Shown here piece by piece: positions 47,463 to 57,743 of a stretch of 64,000 nt of DNA. This stretch comes from Candidatus Kuenenia stuttgartensis. Lineage in GTDB: Bacteria > Planctomycetota > Planctomycetia > Pirellulales > UBA1268. The notes under the pieces were generated by a model, which did not search any database, was not told the DNA's origin, and was given only the letters and a program-made list of their open reading frames with translations. Made by a program: the position numbers and the translations under genes. The stretch is from contig CAMCQY010000003.1 in assembly GCA_945877135.1 (NCBI GenBank), positions 6,506 to 70,505 of the forward strand. Direction: 5' to 3'. Numbering within the stretch: position 1 is the first letter of the stretch; each line of letters starts with the position of its first letter.

Positions 47463-50400
47463 CTACTGCCACCAGCGGCGAACGCGGTCGAACATGCTGC
47501 CCGACCGCTCGGCCGACGGGGCGGGCGACTGGGTCGGGCCGCCCGTGGCTCTGACGGTGTCTTCGCGTACCGCCGCCACGGCGTCGTCGGAGATGAACGT
47601 GCCGAGGAACCGCGGCCAATAGGTGTCGAGCTCAACCAGACATGAGCCCAGGTCGTCTGCCGCCAACCGCTGCTCCATCACCGACAGCTGACGCGACAAC
47701 TGCACCCGCTGCGATTCGTCGAACGCCAGGTCGAACACCCGCACGCCATCGATCTCGATGCTGCCGGGCCCGAGCAGGTCGAACCGCACCCGCAACGATT
47801 CAAGCCCGCGGGCCGGTAGGTCGTCAACCTGGAGCACGAACTGCGACCAGTTGCCCGTCAGCGGCTTGCCTCCGGTCAGCCCGCCCACCGGCGCAAAGCG
47901 GTAATACTCGCGGCCGTCCTGCATCCCCTCGACCGCCAGTCGCAGTGGCGGCTGCGGATCACCTTCAGGAATCCGCAGCCACACGGCCACGCTCACCCGT
48001 CCGGTCGCGGGCGGCGGAAACGGATTGCTGCGCACCGTGGAGAGCCCATTGACCGACGAGAAGCCGATGCCACGGCCCGCCGTGGCATTGACGCCCGGCA
48101 CGAATACGACTGCGCCACGACTGGCCTCCACCAGTTCCCAGCCACCCACACCGCCTCCCGCCGCGCGACCATCCACGTCGGCATCGCCGGCACCGGCCAG
48201 TTCAAATCCCGGGTTGTCAAGCACATCCAGCGGCCGGGGTGCCTCGAGCACGGTCCGCCGCCGGGTGAGATCTGCCAACCGCGAGGCGATCGCTCCTCGC
48301 ACCTCGTCGGCGTAGGCGACCCGGGCCCCTTGTACGGCCACGCCGCCATCGAGCATGAGTGTGCGAACCTCCCACGGTTCGAGCGGCACGGCCGCGCCGC
48401 CGGCCGGCTCGAGCGGCAGTCGCGTGCCATTGACGGCGTCGATCACGGCCGACGGCGAGCCCGCCAGAGCGAGCCCGGCGCGACATGGCGCTGGCCCGGC
48501 ATTGGCAATGCTCACCACCGTCAGGCCTCTGTCTCGTCGGCTGCGGACCACCAGCGGCGCCGCCAACGGATCGGCCAACTCGAACCCGCCACCAGGGAGC
48601 GCCGCGAACGCCTGCAGGCATCGCTCATACGCCGGCTCGACGCGGCTGAACAAGAGACCCATGTCAAACACCACCTCGACGTCCGACGCCACGAGCGACT
48701 CCGCGAGCAGCCTGCCGCGGGCCGGCCCCTCGGCCACCGCGTGAATCGGCACGAACTCGGACTCCGCCGCCGCGTTGCCGAACGGCGCATGCGGCACGAT
48801 GCCGCCGATGGGCATCGACCGCGGCTGTTCGATCGCGATCACGCCCCGCCGGGCCGCACCCGCCACGCCGCGGGCCACTCCGAGCGAGCGGTTGGCATTG
48901 TCCACGATGCAGCGGTCGAGCAGCGAGTCGGCTGAGGCATGCACATGCGGCGTAACAAACACGACCCGCGGATCGGCGGTGATCCGAGCCGGATCGAGGC
49001 CGATCTCCCGAAGCACGTCGGTGTCGGCGGGCTGCACCGCCAGGGTTGGTCGAAAGCGGGTCGCGAGTTCGCCCGTGGCGAAGAGCGATGTCGGCACCAC
49101 ATGCAAGCTCAAGCCCCGGCCCTGTTCCACCAGCACGTCGGCCAGTCGCGAATGGAAGCGGGCCATCGCCGCAGCCCGCCACTCCAGCCACTGCTCCCGC
49201 AGCGGCCCCTCCACGAGCATCGCCCGGTGGGCAAACCGTTCACCCCCCGTCGCAGGCTCCTGACCGCCGACGTCCGCGAGAAACCGCGCGAAGGTGACGT
49301 CGTCGAGCCCCCAGGCGGTGCCGGGCAGATGCATCCAGCCGTCGTGAGGCAGCAGCAGCGCCATGCCATCGACGGCCTCGGCGCCACGGAGCCGATCAGC
49401 CAGTTCCCGCACGACGTCCTCGACGGCCTGCTGGACTCGTGGATCGAGGATGTTGTAGTGGCAGCCGCGGCCGCCATCGATCTGTTTCGGCTTGCCATCA
49501 CGGCCCACGCAGACAATGCCCACAGCTTCGGCCGTAGCGTTGGCGAGCAGCGTCTCGACTGCCGGCAGCGGCGCATCGAACGAGACCGCCGGCACGAGCC
49601 GCAGGCCCTCGCGGGCATGGATGCGGCAGAGCATGCCGAGCAGGTCCTTGCGAACCGGATCAAGGCCCGCATCCGACGTGGCCCCGCTGTCCCACCGTGG
49701 TGCGCCCCGTGTCAGCCGCGATGGCCAGATCGCTGCACCATCGCGGTAGACGACGACCATCGCCCCGGCAGCCCCCTGCGCCGAAAACCATTCCGCGGCG
49801 TGCGACGCTCCAGAGAGAAACGTCCTCCAGTCGGCAAACGGTCGGCCTGAACCACTGGCCGGCCGCTCCGCCGCACCAAACTGCGAGTAGTCGGGGGCCG
49901 GCACATAGGCATGCACGCGACGGCCGGGCCCGGTGGACGCCGCGAGGCTGCGGCCCGCGGCACCGGTCGCCTTGGCTGGCGGCCGCAGCGGCCCTGCCGA
50001 GACCCGCACCCGTCCAAAGATCGCCGCGGCCCGGAGCGACGGATTGGCAATCACAATCAGAGGATGGCGGGTGGTGGGCCAGAAGACAAAGGCATGACGG
50101 CCGAGCCGCGGCCCTCTGCCTGCGGAACCGGAGGCCTCGTCCGCGGCCGCTGGCGGAGTCACATCGAAGCCACCACTCGCCCGAACCTCGACCGTTGTTC
50201 CCGCCGCATCGGCCTCCAGCACGCTCACGCCGACGACCGCCTGCTGGTCGAGCGGAAACTCCACCTCCACCAGGTGTGGCAGCCCCGGCTGCGCTCCGAC
50301 GATCGCGATCCCCTCCCAAGCAGGCTCGTTGGCCGATCGCGCCGGCGGCAGTCTCAGCATCGGTCCGAGCGGATGGGCCTCGACGGTGGAGTGCCCCGCC

Positions 50401-51557
50401 GCCAACAAGCCGCTCAGCTTGGGCACCATCGACGAGACGCTCGGCAGCGACACCGACGGCAGCTTGGGCATCGGCACATTTGGCATCGGCACGTTGGGCA
50501 TGCTCATACTCGGCAACGCCATCGATGGCATCGGCATCGCCGGCATCGGGACATACGACATGCCGACACTGGGCAGACGACGGAGCCGCTCGTGCAGGCG
50601 TGGGCTGCCAGGATCGAGTTCGTGGATCACCTTCCAAGCATCTCCGTTCTCCACAGCCGGAGCGGCCGCGACGTCGGCGACCGCCACCACCTGCACCGTC
50701 CGCGACGCCAGAGGCCGCGACCACCGCAGACCGCCACGCTCGACCGCCTCCAGTTCGATGTCATACGCCCCTTCGCGGGCCGGCAGTGGCACGTCGAACT
50801 GCACCCGCTGATAGGCCTGAAGCCGTGGTTCGGCCGTCCTGGCCGCGGTTTCCGCAAGGAGCAGCGACTGGACGACCAGCGGCTCGGCTTCGGCCGTCGC
50901 CTTCAGCCGCATCCGCAGTTCGACCGCGCCCGCCCCTGGCGACCGCCTGGGCAGAAGCGGGTCGACCGCCATGCGAACGACCTCTCCCGGACGATACACC
51001 GACGACGAGCCACCGAATTCCACACGCAGTCCATCACCGGGAGCGGCCTTCAACGTCAGCCGGTTGCCATCCCGATCGAGCACCTGTTGTTTGGCGTCCA
51101 GCACAAGATCGGCGACGGCGGCCTCGAAGGTCGAGTCGGTTCGCTCATCGCCGTCGGCACGGAGCTGCACGGCGATCCGCGCACCGCGCCACCGCGGAAT
51201 CACCAGTTCGACGCCATCTCCGCCCCGTCGGCTCGGCTCATGGACCATGATCGTGCTGCCAGCCGCGTGGGCGGTGGCGGCCGCGTCGGCATCGTTGCAG
51301 AGCGTCTGCCACTGGAGGTCTTCGGGAGGATCCACCTCACCCTCGGCGGGCACCAGTCGGATCAACCCCGACCAGGCACGGGCCTTCCCGCCGCCCCAGG
51401 TCACGCGAATGGTGACGGGCCGCTCGGACGACGCGGCTTCCTGCGCATCCGACCGCGGCACCCCGCCGGCCACCAGCGCGACTACAGCGAGGAGCAGACA
51501 GCCCACCTGACGGAAGGAAGCGGGGAACTGAAGCGGTTGTGGCAGCAGGCGCACCAT
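47463..51557 (-). CDS. Very large secreted hypothetical protein (about 1364 aa) with a Met/Pro-rich segment
   Basis: Start at 51557 (MVRLLPQ...) or 51593. Signal-like GCLLLAVVALVAGGVPRSDAQEA. The frame is continuous and non-repetitive except for residues 343-393 (PMPAMPMPSMALPSMSMPNVPMPNVPMPKLPS). The central part loosely resembles a glycoside-hydrolase-like TIM barrel (NILDPRVQQAVEDVVRELADR...VDGMALLLPHDGW); that is a weak inference. Confidence 0.8.
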   Translation of the reverse strand: MVRLLPQPLQFPASFRQVGCLLLAVVALVAGGVPRSDAQEAASSERPVTIRVTWGGGKARAWSGLIRLVPAEGEVDPPEDLQWQTLCNDADAAATAHAAGSTIMVHEPSRRGGDGVELVIPRWRGARIAVQLRADGDERTDSTFEAAVADLVLDAKQQVLDRDGNRLTLKAAPGDGLRVEFGGSSSVYRPGEVVRMAVDPLLPRRSPGAGAVELRMRLKATAEAEPLVVQSLLLAETAARTAEPRLQAYQRVQFDVPLPAREGAYDIELEAVERGGLRWSRPLASRTVQVVAVADVAAAPAVENGDAWKVIHELDPGSPRLHERLRRLPSVGMSYVPMPAMPMPSMALPSMSMPNVPMPNVPMPKLPSVSLPSVSSMVPKLSGLLAAGHSTVEAHPLGPMLRLPPARSANEPAWEGIAIVGAQPGLPHLVEVEFPLDQQAVVGVSVLEADAAGTTVEVRASGGFDVTPPAAADEASGSAGRGPRLGRHAFVFWPTTRHPLIVIANPSLRAAAIFGRVRVSAGPLRPPAKATGAAGRSLAASTGPGRRVHAYVPAPDYSQFGAAERPASGSGRPFADWRTFLSGASHAAEWFSAQGAAGAMVVVYRDGAAIWPSRLTRGAPRWDSGATSDAGLDPVRKDLLGMLCRIHAREGLRLVPAVSFDAPLPAVETLLANATAEAVGIVCVGRDGKPKQIDGGRGCHYNILDPRVQQAVEDVVRELADRLRGAEAVDGMALLLPHDGWMHLPGTAWGLDDVTFARFLADVGGQEPATGGERFAHRAMLVEGPLREQWLEWRAAAMARFHSRLADVLVEQGRGLSLHVVPTSLFATGELATRFRPTLAVQPADTDVLREIGLDPARITADPRVVFVTPHVHASADSLLDRCIVDNANRSLGVARGVAGAARRGVIAIEQPRSMPIGGIVPHAPFGNAAAESEFVPIHAVAEGPARGRLLAESLVASDVEVVFDMGLLFSRVEPAYERCLQAFAALPGGGFELADPLAAPLVVRSRRDRGLTVVSIANAGPAPCRAGLALAGSPSAVIDAVNGTRLPLEPAGGAAVPLEPWEVRTLMLDGGVAVQGARVAYADEVRGAIASRLADLTRRRTVLEAPRPLDVLDNPGFELAGAGDADVDGRAAGGGVGGWELVEASRGAVVFVPGVNATAGRGIGFSSVNGLSTVRSNPFPPPATGRVSVAVWLRIPEGDPQPPLRLAVEGMQDGREYYRFAPVGGLTGGKPLTGNWSQFVLQVDDLPARGLESLRVRFDLLGPGSIEIDGVRVFDLAFDESQRVQLSRQLSVMEQRLAADDLGSCLVELDTYWPRFLGTFISDDAVAAVREDTVRATGGPTQSPAPSAERSGSMFDRVRRWWQ

Positions 51558-51631
51558 CCGGGGATGGTAGCGGGGGCCAACCCGTGGCACCAAGCGTGTT
51601 TTGCAGCCGAAAAACGACGGTTTCCAGCCTC

Positions 51632-52975
51632 TTATCCGCTCGTTGCCTCTGGCAACGGCGTCTGCCAGGCGGTCCGACCGTTGTCCACGCCGGCCTGTTC
51701 CAGAAGGGCCTCCAGTGCCCCGGCAACATTGCCGCAGCGGTTGGCGACGTCGGCCAACTCGAAGAAGTCATCCGGCTTGGCAAAGAGGCGGATGCGTTGG
51801 TCGCGAGCGGGCTTCGCCTCCGCAGGTGCGGGCGCGACGCTCAGCAGTCCATGCCAATCGGGCGTGACGATGGCGGCGGCATCGGGCCCCGTCACGATCA
51901 CCCGGTCCCGCAACGCCGCCTTCCAGTGCTCGAAGAGCGTGGCAAGACTCACTCCCCGCCAAGGGGCTCCAGCGTCGAGAGCGGGATCTCGTGCACGATC
52001 GACTGCCGATGTCTGCGGCTGCGGCTCCGGCTCCGACTCCGGCCCTTGGGCCAACAGATCCGCGAGCGTTGCGCCCAGGTCGGCCGGCACGACCAGCCCG
52101 CCATACCGCTGGGCCGCCATCCGCCCTGCCGCATCGGCAAAGATCGCCGGCACGTGAACGAGTTCTCCATATGGAAGCTCCGGTCCACCGACGCCGACCC
52201 AGCCATGCAGCCCCAGCGGCAGACCGCGCACCCCGACGACGAGCACCGACCAGTCGCCAGCCGCCTTGGCCTTGTCCTTCCGCACCGCAGCAAAGAGTCT
52301 GCCGAGTTGGCTGTCGAGGAGCGTGACCTGTCCGGCAAATACCTGGCGGATTCCCACGACCAGATCGGGGTCGGTGTCGGCATCCACCGCAAACCCCGGC
52401 ACACATGCTCCGCTCGGCGGCGGCGGATCCTCCGGATCGATGTAGCGGTCGCGATACCGTTCCGGCGCATCCCACGCCACGCCGAGGCTGCCGACATGGC
52501 ACCACACCAGCCGGTGCTCGCCCGATGCGATGACCTCGAGGGCGGCGTCGACGAGCCTGGCGATGCTGGTCTGCGTGTCATCGTTCGCGACCGTCTCCTT
52601 CGCCACCGCCTCGACAAGCCGAACGCCGACCGCAGGCCCCGCGGCATCGGCAGTCACGCCCGCCGCCACGGCGGCATCGTCGCTGACGACCACCGGCTGC
52701 CAGCCACCGGCCACCGCCGCGGCCAGGAGCGACTGGCCTGTGGGCGATCCAGCGGCAAGCAGATCGTGGAGCGTATCGCGGGCCGCGACCGACGGCGTGA
52801 TCACGCGATCAAACACAATGCCTTGCGCCGCGAGGCCGTCGATCGCCGGCGTCGCCACCCATGTGGCGCCATACGCCGCCAGCATCCAGGCGGGCAGCCG
52901 ATCGACGGTGACGACGAGCAACCTCGGCGGCTGGGCCGATGCGGGGACGTCGTTGGGGTGCTGATTCGGATCCAT
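51632..52975 (-). CDS. Sulfatase / alkaline-phosphatase-superfamily-like protein with a degenerate formylglycine motif
   Basis: ATG at 52975. [49 protein letters not shown] aligns by eye with the sulfatase N-terminus (P.N....D.L......YG...TP..D.LA..G..F......C/SxPxR), but reads S-V-A-A-R. Lies 38 nt upstream of the giant gene on the same strand. Confidence 0.6.
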   Translation of the reverse strand: MDPNQHPNDVPASAQPPRLLVVTVDRLPAWMLAAYGATWVATPAIDGLAAQGIVFDRVITPSVAARDTLHDLLAAGSPTGQSLLAAAVAGGWQPVVVSDDAAVAAGVTADAAGPAVGVRLVEAVAKETVANDDTQTSIARLVDAALEVIASGEHRLVWCHVGSLGVAWDAPERYRDRYIDPEDPPPPSGACVPGFAVDADTDPDLVVGIRQVFAGQVTLLDSQLGRLFAAVRKDKAKAAGDWSVLVVGVRGLPLGLHGWVGVGGPELPYGELVHVPAIFADAAGRMAAQRYGGLVVPADLGATLADLLAQGPESEPEPQPQTSAVDRARDPALDAGAPWRGVSLATLFEHWKAALRDRVIVTGPDAAAIVTPDWHGLLSVAPAPAEAKPARDQRIRLFAKPDDFFELADVANRCGNVAGALEALLEQAGVDNGRTAWQTPLPEATSG

Positions 52976-53066
52976 ACCTCCGCATTGTCCGCTGCCGATG
53001 TGGTTTGCACCATACGTGTCATGTGTGCCACATTCTCGGAAGCCTTTCCCTCCCCGCGAGACCGCC

Positions 53067-54716
53067 ATGCCACCCACGCCTTCCGCGCCATCGACGACCA
53101 CCAATCGGCACGGCTTCGCCACCCACCCGTCGGCCACCACCGGCATGCCGCCGGGGATTCCCTATATCGTCGGCAACGAGGCCGCGGAACGGTTTTCGTT
53201 CTACGGCATGAAGACGATCCTCGTCGTGTTCATGACGCAGTTTCTCCACTCCACAGCGGGCGGCCCCGACTTCATGACGGAACCAGAGTCGCGGGAGTGG
53301 ATGCACCTCTTCGTGGCCAGCGCCTACTTCTTTCCGATCATCGGCGGCATCGTGGCCGACGCCTTCCTCGGCAAGTATCTGACAATCCTGCTCTTGTCGA
53401 TCGTCTACTGTCTCGGCCATCTCTGCCTGGCGCTGATGGACCTGCCGCAGCCGCTGCTGGCGGCCACGCTCGCGCCCCGGGGCTGGCTGCTGGCCGGCCT
53501 GGCCCTCGTCGCCATCGGCTCCGGCGGCATCAAGCCCTGCGTGTCGGCCCACGTGGGTGACCAGTTCGGCCACTCGAATCGTCACCTGCTCGAGCGGGTG
53601 TTCGGCTGGTTTTATTTCGCGATCAACTTCGGCTCGTTCTTTTCCACACTGCTCACGCCCTGGCTGCTTCGCACCTACGGCGCGGGCTGGGCCTTCGGCG
53701 TGCCCGGCGTTCTCATGGCGTTTGCCACGTTCGTGTTCTGGCTTGGTCGGCACCGTTTCATCCACGTGCCCCCGCGGGGCCCGCGATACTTCGCCGAGAC
53801 GTTCGGCCCGGAGGGCCTGGCCGCCATCTTCAAGCTCGTGCCGCTCTACCTGCTCGTGGCCGTGTTCTGGTCGCTTTACGATCAGTCGGGCGGCGCGTGG
53901 GTGCAGCAGGCGCAGCAGATGGACCGGCGGTTCCTCGGCGTCGAATGGCTGGAGAGCCAGGTTCAGGCGATCAATCCGCTGCTCGTGCTGCTGTTCATCC
54001 CGCTCTTCAGCCTTGTGGTCTATCCCGCCATCGAAAGGTTCTTGCCGCTGACACCGCTTCGCAAGATTCTCGCCGGCTTCCTACTGACGATCCTCGCGTT
54101 TGCCATCACGGCCCATGCGCAGCGGCTGATCGACACGGAGACAGAGCGCTTTCGGGGCGTTGTCGCACCGGTCGCAGCCGCCGCCGGCGTGGATCAAGAG
54201 GCGACGGAGGCCGCCATGCGAAAAGCCGGCCTCAATGCACTGGCTGACACGTTGAAGACAGGAAAGGGTCGCGAGCACGGCGACACTTCAGCCGGGCCGC
54301 AGGGGAAGGATGCCCGCGTCGAGGCGATGGTCAACGCCGGCATGGTGGTGCAGAAGGACGGCACGCAACTCACCGCCCGCTGGCCCTCCGTCGGCTGGCA
54401 GTTGCTGGCCTACGTGGTGATCACGGCCGCGGAAATCCTCGTGTCGATCACCTGCCTCGAATTCAGCTACACGCAGGCCCCGCCGCAGATGAAGTCGCTC
54501 GTCATGAGCCTCTATCTGCTGAGCGTGTCGCTGGGCAACCTGTTCACGGCGCTGGTCAATACGTTCTCCCAGGATGCAGCCGGCAATTCCCTGCTGGCCG
54601 GGTCCGCCTATTACTGGTTTTTCTGCGGCTGCATGGCCGTGGCCACAGTGCTCTTCCTGCCGCTCTTGTGGACCTACCGCCCCCGGGAATATCTCCAGGA
54701 TGAGGCCCCGACCTGA
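53067..54716 (+). CDS. Proton-dependent oligopeptide transporter (POT/PTR2, MFS)
   Basis: Carries [21 protein letters not shown] (ExxERFxYYG-type PTR2 motif), [29 protein letters not shown] and [10 protein letters not shown], with about 12-14 TM segments. ATG at 53067. Confidence 0.9.
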   Translation: MPPTPSAPSTTTNRHGFATHPSATTGMPPGIPYIVGNEAAERFSFYGMKTILVVFMTQFLHSTAGGPDFMTEPESREWMHLFVASAYFFPIIGGIVADAFLGKYLTILLLSIVYCLGHLCLALMDLPQPLLAATLAPRGWLLAGLALVAIGSGGIKPCVSAHVGDQFGHSNRHLLERVFGWFYFAINFGSFFSTLLTPWLLRTYGAGWAFGVPGVLMAFATFVFWLGRHRFIHVPPRGPRYFAETFGPEGLAAIFKLVPLYLLVAVFWSLYDQSGGAWVQQAQQMDRRFLGVEWLESQVQAINPLLVLLFIPLFSLVVYPAIERFLPLTPLRKILAGFLLTILAFAITAHAQRLIDTETERFRGVVAPVAAAAGVDQEATEAAMRKAGLNALADTLKTGKGREHGDTSAGPQGKDARVEAMVNAGMVVQKDGTQLTARWPSVGWQLLAYVVITAAEILVSITCLEFSYTQAPPQMKSLVMSLYLLSVSLGNLFTALVNTFSQDAAGNSLLAGSAYYWFFCGCMAVATVLFLPLLWTYRPREYLQDEAPT

Positions 54717-54806
54717 CCCCGACCTGACCCCGGCCTAACAGGGATCGCCCCACGGCATGGTGCGAGGGTGGCGGCGTCTGATAACCTTCCAAAGAAAAGG
54801 GCTGCT

Positions 54807-55721
54807 ATGGTTCCATCCACATCGATTGACCGCCGGGGTTTCCTGGCTGCTGCGGCAGCGGCAATCGCCTCGTCACAGGCTTGGGCAAGGGGTCGGGCCG
54901 CGGACGCCCCCGCCGCGATGCCCCTCTTCCGGATCTCGCTGGCAGAATGGTCGCTGCACCGCACCCTCTTCGCCGGCAAGCTCGACAATCTCGATTTCCC
55001 CCGCGCCGCCAAGCAGCAGTTTGGCATCGACGCGGTCGAATATGTCAACCAGTTTTTCAAGGACAAGGCCAAGGATGCGGCCTACCTGGCAGACCTTGCG
55101 AAGCGGGCGAAGGACGAGGGCGTGACGAACGTCTTGATCATGTGCGATGGCCTTGGCAATCTCGGTGATCCCGAGGGGGCCGCCCGCACCAAGGCGATAG
55201 AGAACCATTTCCCATGGGTCGAGGCGGCCAAGCGGCTCGACTGCCATTCGATCCGGGTGAACGCAGCGAGTAAGGGCTCGCCGCAAGAACAGCAGAAGCT
55301 TGCGGCCGATGGGCTCTCGCGGCTGTCCGATTATGCCGCCCAGATGGATATGGCCGTCATCGTGGAGAACCACGGCGGGCTCTCCAGCAACGGCGAGTGG
55401 CTGGCAGGGGTGATGAAACTCGTCAACAAGCCCAACTGCGGCACGCTGCCCGACTTCGGCAACTTCCACGATTACGACCGCTACCAGGGCGTGGAGGAAC
55501 TGCTTCCGTTTGCGAAGGGCGTCAGCGCCAAGAGCCACGAGTTCGACGCCGACGGCAACGAAGTGCGGACTGATTACCGCCGGATGCTGCGAATGGTCGT
55601 CGCCGCCGGCTACCGCGGCTGGGTGGGCGTCGAGTACGAGGGAAACGGGCTGCCGGAGCCGGAAGGAATCATGGCCACGAAGAAGCTGCTCGAGAAGGTA
55701 CGGTCAGAGTTGCAGGTGTAG
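54807..55721 (+). CDS. Xylose-isomerase-like TIM-barrel protein (sugar phosphate isomerase/epimerase family) with a Tat-type signal
   Basis: Carries [21 protein letters not shown] (twin-Arg signal), [30 protein letters not shown] and GWVGVEYEG. Confidence 0.8.
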   Translation: MVPSTSIDRRGFLAAAAAAIASSQAWARGRAADAPAAMPLFRISLAEWSLHRTLFAGKLDNLDFPRAAKQQFGIDAVEYVNQFFKDKAKDAAYLADLAKRAKDEGVTNVLIMCDGLGNLGDPEGAARTKAIENHFPWVEAAKRLDCHSIRVNAASKGSPQEQQKLAADGLSRLSDYAAQMDMAVIVENHGGLSSNGEWLAGVMKLVNKPNCGTLPDFGNFHDYDRYQGVEELLPFAKGVSAKSHEFDADGNEVRTDYRRMLRMVVAAGYRGWVGVEYEGNGLPEPEGIMATKKLLEKVRSELQV

Positions 55722-55755
55722 CCGTGGGGCTTCACGCGCACAGCTGCGCCCTTCT

Positions 55756-55905
55756 CATGCAAGCCCGACGCGCGAGCGAGGGAAACCGCGTTGCGCCGTC
55801 CGCAGGTTGAAGCCGCCTGCATTTCCCTTGCTTGCGCTGCGGGCTTGGATGAAAAGCGGCGTGCATCTCTCCCATACAAGCCCGACGCGCAAGCGAGGGA
55901 ACGGG
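55756..55905. repeat. Three copies of the dispersed repeat (forward, reverse, forward)
   Basis: Copies: 55756-55790 catgcaagcccgacgcgcgagcgagggaaaccgcg; 55817-55850 ctgcatttcccttgcttgcgctgcgggcttggat; 55873-55905 catacaagcccgacgcgcaagcgagggaacggg. They lie between convergent genes. Confidence 0.8.
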
Positions 55906-55906
55906 C

Positions 55907-57118
55907 TCACTCGGCCGGCAGCTTGCCGAGGTCGAAATCGACGACGACCGGAAAATGATCCGAGATGTCGAGATCGATCGCATGGCAGACGTGGGCCCGC
56001 GTGATCGCCGGCACGAGATCGCGGTGCACGAGCACGTGGTCGATCATCGTAAACACGTCGTCGGCGTCGGCCGCACCGTTCTCGTTGAAATCCCAGTGCG
56101 AGGTGTAGCGGTCGGCTACCCGCGGGATGAACTGCGCCGCGTTGACCAGTTCATCGCCGGCCGAGGCCTCGTCGTAATCCTTGAGGTCGTGGAGCACGGT
56201 CGTCCGCGTGCGGCGATTGGGGTCGGCCATCGGGACGTCGGGGTCGTAGTCGTTGATGTCGCCAAGCACGATCGGCGTGTAGCCGCGGGCGACGAACTCG
56301 CGGCGGACGACCTCGCGAGCGATCGACGTCTCGGCCATCCGCTGCGCGTTGCTGCCGACATCGGAGGGATTGCTCTTGAGGTGCAGTCCCAACAGCGCGA
56401 TCTTCCGGCCGCAGACCGTGAAGTAGGCCGCTGCATGCCGCTGCAACACCGCCTGTTCGTTCCGAGTGATGCCAGCATTATCGACATGGCTGTAGCTGCG
56501 ACGCATCCACCCGTCGCCGCCCTCGGCCGCCGTTGCGCGGGCCTCGGCTGTCGGCACCTCGGCGGTGGCATCGCCGTCTCGGGGCCGCTTGGCCGACCGC
56601 TTGGTGACCGACGGCACGAAGATGTGGATCGGGCGACCATCCACCTCGTCGGGCGCGATCCGGGAGAGGATGGCGACGTCGAATCCGGAGAACTTGTCGC
56701 GTCCATCGACGTGATAGCCCCGGTAGTCCTTGAGCCCTTTGGCGTGGAGCAGGTCGACGACCGCATCGACGCCCTCGCGCGACACCACCTCTGGCATCAC
56801 CACGATATCGGGCGCGAGGGTTTCGATGACGGCGGCGACGTGCTCCAGGTGGCGGCGGCGGGCCGGCTCGAACCGGAAGCGGGTGAGCGTCGTCCGCTCA
56901 CCGGGGGCGGCAAGATTCTCGACATTGAAACAGGCCACTCGCAGAGGGCACGCCGGTCGCGTCACCAGCTCCTCGGCCCGCGCCGACATCCCCCACGGCA
57001 TCATCAGCGACACCACGAACGGAAGGAGGAACAGCCGCAGGTGGGTTGCGCACGCCGAGCGTGCCCTCGCCAACAGCAGAGCCTCGATACGCACCGACCG
57101 TTGACGAATGCTGTTCAT
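55907..57118 (-). CDS. Endonuclease/exonuclease/phosphatase (EEP) family protein, secreted
   Basis: ATG at 57118 with signal-like LFLLPFVVSLMMPWGMSARA. Carries RVACFNVENL, DIVVMPEV, LLGLHLKS, VLGDINDY and SDHFPVVVDF (EEP catalytic motifs). Confidence 0.8.
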   Translation of the reverse strand: MNSIRQRSVRIEALLLARARSACATHLRLFLLPFVVSLMMPWGMSARAEELVTRPACPLRVACFNVENLAAPGERTTLTRFRFEPARRRHLEHVAAVIETLAPDIVVMPEVVSREGVDAVVDLLHAKGLKDYRGYHVDGRDKFSGFDVAILSRIAPDEVDGRPIHIFVPSVTKRSAKRPRDGDATAEVPTAEARATAAEGGDGWMRRSYSHVDNAGITRNEQAVLQRHAAAYFTVCGRKIALLGLHLKSNPSDVGSNAQRMAETSIAREVVRREFVARGYTPIVLGDINDYDPDVPMADPNRRTRTTVLHDLKDYDEASAGDELVNAAQFIPRVADRYTSHWDFNENGAADADDVFTMIDHVLVHRDLVPAITRAHVCHAIDLDISDHFPVVVDFDLGKLPAE

Positions 57119-57185
57119 CACCGCTAGAGTTTTTCGATTGCAATCCACGAAAGACTCACCCGAGACACATCCGACGACCCAGGCC

Positions 57186-57743
57186 ATGACGCTTCAACAG
57201 GATACACATCTTCTGTCTGGCCCGCCTGCGGCACCGCAGACCCTGCGATCGAAAACCGCCCGCGCGGCGGCGGGCGACAAACTCAGCCAACTCGTGGAGG
57301 TCCACGAGACGCACGTCGGCCGGGGGGTATTCGCCCGGCGGAAGCTCAAGGCGGCCATGGTGCTCGGCGAAATCCTCGGCCAGATTTTTCCGGTGGAGCC
57401 TGAGGATCCGAGCTATTGCATGGAATTGCCCAGTGGTATGGTGCTGGAGCCGTCCGCTCCGCTGCGATTCCTAAACCACAGTTGCGATCCGAACTGCGAG
57501 CTTTTCTATTGGTTTGATGAAGAGGACGGAAGCCTTCAGGAAGACCGGCTGTGGCTGCAAACGATTCGTTCGATCAACGCGGGCGACGAGCTGCTGATCG
57601 ACTATTGCTGGCCGGCCGACGCGGCGATCCCGTGCCGCTGCGGGGTGCCGGACTGCCGGGGCTGGATCGTCGATCCGGAGGAGTTGCACCTCCTGCCGAA
57701 GACCGCTGGCGATTCTTCGCCGCAGTCGCCGTCGGCCTCCTGA
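57186..57743 (+). CDS. SET-domain protein (putative lysine methyltransferase)
   Basis: Carries GRGVFARRKL, RFLNHSCDPNCE (NHSC motif), ELLIDYCW (ELxxDY) and a C-terminal Cys cluster CRCGVPDCRGW (post-SET-like). ATG at 57186. Confidence 0.85.
   Translation: MTLQQDTHLLSGPPAAPQTLRSKTARAAAGDKLSQLVEVHETHVGRGVFARRKLKAAMVLGEILGQIFPVEPEDPSYCMELPSGMVLEPSAPLRFLNHSCDPNCELFYWFDEEDGSLQEDRLWLQTIRSINAGDELLIDYCWPADAAIPCRCGVPDCRGWIVDPEELHLLPKTAGDSSPQSPSAS

Noticed and set aside
49697-53560. Plus-strand ORFs 49697-51250, 49911-52157 and 51539-53560 (517-748 aa)
   Set aside because: They are antisense to the giant secreted-protein and sulfatase-like genes. Composition is dominated by Arg, Pro, Gly and His, with no family motifs.
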